NCBI RefSeq assembly: GCF_026571515.1
Contig: NW_026858094.1
Coordinates: forward strand, 496,001-559,946
From: Ruditapes philippinarum
Lineage: Eukaryota
Direction: 5' to 3'
Length of the DNA: 63,946 nt
In this document: in pieces, positions 56,008 to 63,946 of the stretch
How positions within the stretch are numbered: the first letter of the stretch is position 1
Layout of the letters: each line of letters starts with the position of its first letter
The notes under the pieces: model-generated
Databases searched by the model: none
Told to the model about the DNA's origin: nothing
What the model saw: the letters and a program-made list of their open reading frames with translations, nothing else
Translations under genes and position numbers: made by a program

Positions 56008-59000
56008 TATATAGATTGAATATTGTGGAATATTGTTGTCCTTGCAATAATTTCATGGGACAAGAACAGATTTTTAAGAAAACAACTTCTGCTAATTTAA
56101 CCATTTACTTTTATTTTCACAAGAATTTTCTGCCTTAAACAAAGATGTTTATTTATTAAGAAGATGTGCACATATGTTTACGGTCATATTTTAGATTCTT
56201 TTGACTACATGCCTTCTCGTGAAGCACATTCAACGTTCAAGGAAAATATACCATATATGATTCAATATTATTTCCGCCTACAAGATCCTTTGTTTTTATG
56301 TGCCTGTTTTTATGATGATAGCAAGATGTCATTAAAGACTTAATAAGAGGCAACTGTCGTAATTCAATTCTTTTTAAAATGAGGTTTCACTTTGTTTCCA
56401 GATTTTTTTACAACAACCAACTGCATAAGGATGCTTTTCAAATGGTTTTTGAAGAACATTTCGGTATAATAGATACGAATCACAAATCTGTAATTTTGTA
56501 CTTAGTGTAATATATGAGATATAATGATTTACAGTCATCCACATACATGTATATGTTAAATAAAAATAAAAGCCTATGATAATAAAATAGAGAGATATAA
56601 AATCCCTAAATAAAGTCCGAAACGGAAAAATTGATAATATTGCAGGCTTGGTTTGATTGAGCCTGTTCCTGGACAGTACTGGAAAGTGCAAGCTACTTTC
56701 CACACCCCCTAACACCGGCTAAAGCAGTATTCAAATTTAAAATGCAATGGTAAAATTTTGAATTTAGAAACATCCGCAGATGTGTTCATACGACGGTGAT
56801 CATGGAACCTTCAATGTGACACGTAAGTGCCATTCCACGAAAAGCGGCGTGTGCGGTCCCGAAGTAAACAAATTGCTTGTGCCCTAAACGAGAAAACAAT
56901 GGGCGGAACTCAACAATGTGGAATTTCGAAAGGGGATCAAACAGGTCTGGAGCGTACCTTAGCTTATTTTGAGTATACGCCAATTACAGTCCCTTGGGCC
57001 AAAGTGTCCTATTTGTATGAAGTCTGACGTGAAAATTGCTTTTACTAAATGATTTAAGAAAAGTTATTTACCATTAGGGAAACGAAATTTAGCCAGATAA
57101 TCCTATTGTGGTTAACATGGTTAACTTGTTCTTCTTCTTCTTTTTTCTTTTTCAATATACCTAGACATGAGATCATCGTCGGAAACCAAGGTACACATTC
57201 CGAAAATACTACATTTAATACATGTATGGGTCACCGAGGATGACATGAGATATAATCAAGGAAAATATTGCTATAAAACGTAAACACCATTAGAAAAACA
57301 AAAGATAGCCATATATCTTTTTTCTAATCAAGATGTTTAAAACAACATTTTTTTTTTCATTTTTTCTTTATTTCAACATACCTAAACATGAGATATAATA
57401 AAGGAACAAGGAAAATATTATTTTTAAAACGATCTGTATGACCGTAAAAAGAACACAACAGATTAAATGTTTAAGTGTAACAACAATCTATAGCATCAAT
57501 ACCACACCTTAAATTTATTGATACGCGATCACTTAGGTCCATAAAAAATCAATAATTTTAGAACTGCATTATGTTAATATAAGAGAATGATTGTTTTTGA
57601 CAATTTTTCCTTAATTTTACTCTTTAATAAAAATTCATATATATTTTAGTTATATTATTAATCAGTTAAAATTAATGCCTTACTTGTCTGGCAGAAATTC
57701 AAGTCAAAACCGTACAAAAAAGAAAAATAACAAAGGATTTTGTATCCCATACAAATATTTACAAATGAACAGGAAAACTACGGTTTATTTAAAGCAAGAG
57801 TGGAAACATATTTAAGTTTTGTTAAAAGTTCAAAATGAGAAAAAAGAAGAAAGAACATTCTCTCATATGGCTTTACTTTGATTTTATTGTAATTTTATCT
57901 CTGTTCTGTATGTATATATAGATGAGACTATTATAAAATAAATAAAAGATGTCATTGTTTGCAGAAATATTCAATTCATTTCTATAGTCAATGAAATATG
58001 TTTAAATAGCTTTGTATAGTGATATATCTTGTAAATCTACTATTTTAAGGGACTTAAATTTGATTAAAAATTTATTTACAATAAAGTTGAGTTCGGTTTG
58101 TGATGATAGTTGTGGGCTATTGTTTGCTGATAAGATCAGATTTGTAGGACCCAAAATATTCTATACAATTTCAAATGAAGATGAAATGAATGTGACAGAC
58201 TTATTCATTGACAAACAACTACAGGATTGAATATGAAAAGGCTGACACGTATTCCTTTGTATTACAAAAGTTCCAGACAAACATAAAATAAGCATTATAA
58301 CATTTTGTTTTTTAAGTTTTAAAAATGATTATCCTTAATAAAATCCGCATAGGGTGGTATAAATTGAATTTTTATGGTATTTCAAACATAACCTACTTAA
58401 AAAATTGATTACTGGTATTAGAAATAAAAAACACAAAAAGGAAACTTCTCGCTAAAATTTCTTCCCATGTTCTTTTCTCTTACATGTATGTGCTTTACTC
58501 GTCTTTGTTTGTATGAACATATATTTGACAAAGGTTACATCGTAAGCAAACCTATGGAACCAATAAGCAGTTACGCAACTATAGATCGATCTGCATCATT
58601 TTTTTCACGTCATTTTTTAAATTTTAATTTCTCGAAACTCTAATTATTAAATACGCCCGTGCGTATTGGCGTATCGACAGATACGCCACTGTCAGAGGTT
58701 ATCAAGCCTGCATATTACAGACAAGCTGTCAAAGGGCCAATTAAAAAAGCAGGACACATATACTTAGGGCGATTATACAGTATTCAAGTAAGGAATATTG
58801 GAACCACCAAACTAGAAAAAGCCAAATTGAAGGAACTAAAATACCACAGACACAACAATGATGTCGCGTTAAACGATCTTTAAGGATCAGAAATACAAGT
58901 ATAACATCCTTATTGTATTAGCAGTTCAAACGTTGCACATTAGCACATAAACATTGTTACACATACCACATACAAAGGCTGCCCTTTGTGTAAAAACATA

Positions 59001-59439
59001 CATCAATGTAATATCAATTTACCATAAGGTAATACAAGTTCTTGAGATCCAACCTATAAACATTCATTACATGATTGATAGAGGATATTGAATTAGTGTC
59101 AGTTTCATACTTTTATTACATTTATTGAACACGCATGCTACAAGAGCCTGCCCTGGCTGATTTTATTCAACTCGTTCATTAAGTAGATTAAAGTTTATTA
59201 CTCGTATTTATTACAAAATTAAATTGGTAAGACGTAAATTGTTAATACGTACTAATAAACTTGAACCAGCTTAGTGTTTTAATTTTTTTTATTAACAGTC
59301 GATTATTAGAAATACTGCAATCCTATTGTACAAAAATTAATTTCAAACACTAAATTCAGTATTGAACCTACACATATGCAACATCCTTTCTGTAAAGTCC
59401 CATTTATAATGCACATTATAAAGATTATGTCAATTATAA

Positions 59440-60675
59440 TTATGCACGATCACAAGAAAACAGTCTTTTACACGAGCTTCTAAATCTTACATCCAATATT
59501 CCATAAATAAGCGGGTTTACGGCACTGTTGATAAAATATGACCTCAGAAAAAAATTATAAACTGTTCTCTGAGTGTTGTCCAATGATTCTAGAAATGTTT
59601 TGTTCAATGAACGGGTCAAAAGCAATGAAATTACTGGTGCAAATGAGACAATAGCTGCTAATGACACCATAAACATGATTTTAGAAGTTTTGTATTTGTT
59701 TGACCTGTTCATAGTGTGACATCGATTATTTTTACTTGCTTTGAACTTTCTTTTTTTCACATCTGTTTCTTTATCTCTCTTTCCCGGGGTGTCATTCAAA
59801 TTTGAATCTTGCTCAGATTCAAGCGTTTCGCCAGTTTGCTCTTCGGTCATTTCATAAGACATTTCAGTTGTTATTTTTATTCGGTTGCGATTGTCTTTGG
59901 TACCAATTCTGTCCTTACTGTCTTCGGTGTCAATTCTGTCCTTACTCTCTTCGGTGGCAATTCTGTCCTTACTGCATTCGGTGCCAATTTTGTCCTTACC
60001 TTTGTGTTTCCATTTCATCTGTCGCCTTATACGTACTGCTATACAGCTGTAGAAACTGAATATGACGACAAAAACTCCAACGAAACAGATGGCAAACGTT
60101 AAATTGTTAATAAAAGGAAATAGTGTTTCTTTCATATCATCTGTAACTGCACATTGAAAAATTGTAACATTATAAACTTTATGTTTTTCTTTTTTTATGT
60201 CATAAATAATTGCAGAAATCCAAGAACAAGCCAGTCCAACACCTACTGATGCCAGGCACATATATTTTGCTGCTTTAAGTGAAACTTGCCAATTCAAAGG
60301 GTAGCAAACTTTTCTGAATCTGTCAAATGCAATACACAGTAGGACGAAGCAAGATGTCATCGTTGTCCATGTATTCATTGAAATCGAAATCTTACATATC
60401 CATTTATTATCGTAAGTGTATCTATAAAACTGCATGACGAAATGTAGCGAAAGACATATACAGCATGTAAACAAATCAACCGAAGATACAAATGTTACAA
60501 AGATGCGGTATGTAGACCTGCTTACATTCTTTGCAAACACATAGCATACCAACGAATTTCCCACAATTCCGATCATACTTATAACAATAAGATAAATCAT
60601 CAGTGGAATCTGTCGTTTTACTTCCTCGTTGTTTAACTCATTCAGAGTAACCGAATCATTTTGAAAGACCATCAT
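59440..60675 (-). CDS. intronless rhodopsin-family (class A) GPCR, peptide-receptor-like orphan, 411 aa
   Basis: Seven hydrophobic segments. GN in TM1, D in TM2, WICK, DRF, ECL2 Cys, NSAVNPLIY, helix 8 RFR, N-terminal NDS sequon. Confidence 0.92.
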   Translation of the reverse strand: MMVFQNDSVTLNELNNEEVKRQIPLMIYLIVISMIGIVGNSLVCYVFAKNVSRSTYRIFVTFVSSVDLFTCCICLSLHFVMQFYRYTYDNKWICKISISMNTWTTMTSCFVLLCIAFDRFRKVCYPLNWQVSLKAAKYMCLASVGVGLACSWISAIIYDIKKEKHKVYNVTIFQCAVTDDMKETLFPFINNLTFAICFVGVFVVIFSFYSCIAVRIRRQMKWKHKGKDKIGTECSKDRIATEESKDRIDTEDSKDRIGTKDNRNRIKITTEMSYEMTEEQTGETLESEQDSNLNDTPGKRDKETDVKKRKFKASKNNRCHTMNRSNKYKTSKIMFMVSLAAIVSFAPVISLLLTRSLNKTFLESLDNTQRTVYNFFLRSYFINSAVNPLIYGILDVRFRSSCKRLFSCDRA

Positions 60676-61269
60676 TGCCTTACACGGTTGTTTCGATGTT
60701 TGGAAGCTCGATGCTTACAACTGCTGCATGTTGCCAACGTTTTTGCTTATCACACAGAATTATCAATGGTTCTTCATCTTACAATTAATTGTTAGTAACT
60801 AAAACGTACTATAATTGTATTTCTCATCCATTAAAAACTCCATTCAATGAGTAAACATTTCTTTTATTGTTTCGATCGTGAGTCTTCAAATAAAAATATA
60901 CAGCTCTTTGTAATATGTGATACATACAGATACCAACGTGCTAAATACGAAACTCGGTCGGTCGTAGAAGGCGGACGGAAAGACGATACATTAATTATTC
61001 ATAGCTCGAAACAGGATGAACAAAATAAAACAATACCTTTTTTTCCTTGTGTATTTTGCTTTGCCAAAAATCCTTCTTTGATACATCTATACCAATACCA
61101 CTATTTGTCATTATATTACGAAATAGTTATCATCAACCATTTTAAATGCTACACAAAACTATACCAGGTGTTAATGACCTTAAACAATTGGTTAATTTTA
61201 TCTAACAACTGTCAATGGCGTTCATATGTATAATATATCAAGGATAAAACATGAAAACTTGTAAATATT

Positions 61270-61430
61270 ATGAGAAAAGTGAAATTTGTTCTAGATCATA
61301 AATATCTTTATATAATTCATACATTGTTTATTCGACCACTTGTTGAATATTCAAATGTAGTATGATGAAACGCATTTCAATATGAATTGATATGTAGACA
61401 AAACACAAAACCAATGTACTAGAATAGTTC
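61270..61430 (+). mobile_element. decayed CR1/L2-type LINE remnant
   Basis: Translates as IRPLVEYSNVV*, resembling the RPxLEY..VW motif downstream of RT. Confidence 0.4.
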
Positions 61431-62760
61431 TCTTTAAAAGTTTTTTTATAGATCAGGCGCTACATTGTTGTCAGAACGAAGGCTGTTTCTTCTGTCTCAC
61501 AAAAATCTAGAATAATGCCAGGTATAAAGGTTTTCTAAATTTCTTTTATATCAGACCGCAGGTGATAAATACGATTTCAATATGCTCCCTTGATCATATG
61601 CGATACATGTCTATTGCTCAAAGCTTGTAATTATATATACCTGAATTGACTTCGTAATGTACGTGGCTTCTGTGTGAAATAATGTAGTGCAAAATAGCCT
61701 CACTTAATCAGTAAAACAATGAATTCAAATGACTTAATAATTTCCACACATTTGTTGTTGTTTTCTACCATTATAAAGTTTAACCTAGCCGCCTAGGAAT
61801 CACTGACTTTGCATTTTGCGTTTTATGCTTACAGTGGGTACCCAATGACGCAATTTTATTTCGATAGTTTTAAAGAAAGCAGTACACTAGGGAAAACTAT
61901 CTTTTTCGTCGTTTTATATGGTTTTGAAGAGCATATTAAAGTATAACATTTGTACTCTATTGACAAAACACAAATATGTTCATTGAGAAATTTTTTGTAG
62001 CAAATGATTTAATTACAGACAAAACATTACAATATTACATCTGCCCTTTAATAACCTCATACATTTTGTTCTCGTACAGGAATTATAGTCTGATTTTATT
62101 GACCTGTCAATTATGAATATACATTATAACACTCATTTAAATATTCTTTCCCACTTCGGTTCTCTTCGTGTAGTTTACGAGAATTAATTAGGAGTACAAA
62201 TGTTTTGAAAAGTTACACCAGCTTAATGTTTTGCTATATAGGTCGTCGTCAAATTCGCAATAGCAAATACGGTTAACTAGTTGCCGAATATATGTGAGGT
62301 ATGTGGTTTGATCCCGACAGTTGGCATTGTTTTAGATCAACTCTTTGTCCAATAGATCATATTTTTTGGTTTTGTATTTGTAGCTTCCACTACCTAGTCT
62401 ATTTAAAGTAACCTTTAAATTTAATGACGACTTTAAGTACCAGTTGACGAGATTTGGGCATACCTTTTGAAAACTGTCCTCTTAACTTAAAGTTATTAAT
62501 AATTGTTGATAAAGCATATAAAGGATGTTGAAATAACATGTGAATTAGGTTCTGTTTATGTAAAGCGTAAATATATATGTTTAAGATCATATGATATTTT
62601 GTATAATTTGTAACGTATAAAAATATAAATGTGAATTAATAAAAATCAAACTAAAACTTTAAATATATTATGCTAATCATGGAGCGATATGGCTGAATTA
62701 CAATTGTAATCACATGATTGTTAGATAAGGCGCGATCTAGTTTGAAGTCAGTCCTACCAG

Positions 62761-63440
62761 CAGCCAATTGTATAAACGATGGTTAAAATATACCGCGGTA
62801 ATTTAATTACCGTGGTATATATCGTGGTTAGGTTACCACACGGTTTTTCGAATTGTATAAACAAATTAACCACGCAGTTACCTAACCACGCAAAACCGAA
62901 AGTTTAACCGTGGTAATATTACCTATGATGCACCGCGACGTGACGTAATTTTCCCGAACAAATGTCAGACGGTAATATTTACAAACAAAATGGCGTCCAC
63001 CACAAAAATAAATAGGGCAAGAATGTTCAATCTCCGTGAAACGGATGTGATAACAGAATTTATGAAAATCAATTTACATACGTTGAAAGCCAGCCATGCA
63101 CAGGGAGGGCCTGGGGCTTCCCAAAAGGTGTCTAAGGTCTGGGATAGGCTTACGGAAGAGGTGAATGCTTGCGGGAACGGCCCCCGAACGAGCAAACAAG
63201 TTAAAGAAAAGTGGAGGAATATGGTTTGTTTTCAAGTTTTCCCTTTATCACATATAAGCAACCGGTTGAGATGTATTTCTTAAACTATTTGTTCTGAAAT
63301 ATTCAAAGGATTTGAAAGCTATCTTGTTGATTAATTTGTTTAAATCATTCAATATGGTGACAATGATATGTAAATTAGCTATACAAATAGGTCTGGAACA
63401 GGCTTGCCACAGACTGAGATTGTTGCGACATCTCAGGTCT
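62761..63440 (+). mobile_element. left end of a Harbinger-type transposon
   Basis: CAG followed by CAGCCAATTGTATAAAC. AATTGTATAAAC repeats at ~62850, with ACCGCGGT/ACCGTGGT subterminal palindromes, followed by a Myb/SANT ORF. No right TIR seen. Confidence 0.6.
62990..63223 (+). CDS. Myb/SANT-like DNA-binding domain exon (Harbinger-associated type); downstream exons not found
   Basis: R..F...E...I..F..N...L..W..L.EEVNA.G..RT.KQVKEKWRNM pattern. AAAATGGCG start context, probable donor GTTTGT at 63224. Confidence 0.7.
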
Positions 63441-63442
63441 TG

Positions 63443-63680
63443 CCGGTGTAACGTTGTAAAGTGACCCCCATAGAATAATGACCCCCCGGTCATTATTTTA
63501 TATAAAATAATGACCCCCCGGTCATTATTTTATATAAAGTATTGACTCCGCGGTCATTATATATGACTGGGGGGTCATTATATTATGACTCCTCACACGT
63601 AGAAAAATGACCCCTCACGTAGAAATGTGACCCCCTATAGAATAAGGACCCCCCAATCCAAACCTTGACCTAACCTATCT
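63443..63680. repeat. unclassified transposon end with TGACCCC/GGTCATT internal direct and inverted repeats
   Basis: CCGGTGTAAC start. Repeated AATGACCCCCCGGTCATTATTTTATATAAA and (C)ACGTAGAAA..TGACCCC. Confidence 0.55.
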
Positions 63681-63839
63681 AAGGTACACTTACACAACAT
63701 AATTATCTTCATCCATAGACATCGGAGGAGTGATGGCACCCGTCCGTGCATGCGTCCATACTGCACGTTTTTTTACTGCAGTTAGATGGAATTGATCCAA
63801 GCTTCAGGGATTACCACTACCGATGCCTATTTGCGTGGA

Positions 63840-63946
63840 AAGAAAAAATGGTTAAAGTCTCCGACCGAGAATCACTTGCCCCTCACCGTTGTGAGTTCGG
63901 CGCCTACCAGGGTCGTGTATGGGTGACAGGCATACAAACTGTGCGC
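63840..63946 (+). mobile_element. degenerate tRNA-derived SINE head (related fragment ~29325-29500)
   Basis: TGGTTAA..AATCACTTGCCCCTCACCG..GAGTTCG arrangement resembling A and B boxes. Confidence 0.4.

Noticed and set aside
42010-60675. AANAT cluster plus GPCR as a coupled amine or melatonin signalling module
   Set aside because: 17 kb apart. The receptor lacks the TM3 Asp of aminergic receptors and the NRY motif of melatonin receptors. Proximity alone is not evidence.

Overview
AT-rich, intron-containing animal genomic DNA. The repeat landscape suggests a bivalve mollusc, but this is inference. Genes that can be reconstructed by hand: a complete 6-exon EEF1AKMT2/METTL10 (- strand) head-to-head with a complete Rab7 (+ strand); three intact tandem 2-exon copies of an insect-type AANAT/dopamine N-acetyltransferase-like GNAT gene; and an intronless class A GPCR (- strand). 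Each AANAT copy lies in a duplicated unit that ends in a 45- or 47-bp minisatellite array. The rest is mostly mobile DNA: a PHD+APE LINE fragment with a 2A-like GDIATNPGP motif joined in inverted orientation to a LINE 3' end, an RTEX-like LINE with a target-site duplication (TSD), a 2.95-kb nested foldback element with TAC..GTA ends and a 6-bp TSD (IS3EU-like), Harbinger and hAT5-like MITEs, four copies of a 237-bp hairpin MITE, Helentron-type elements, a probable solo LTR, and a Harbinger end with a Myb/SANT exon. I cannot demonstrate a wholly new biological system. The best candidates for follow-up are the AANAT-minisatellite amplicon, the 2A-bearing inverted LINE and the double-foldback element.
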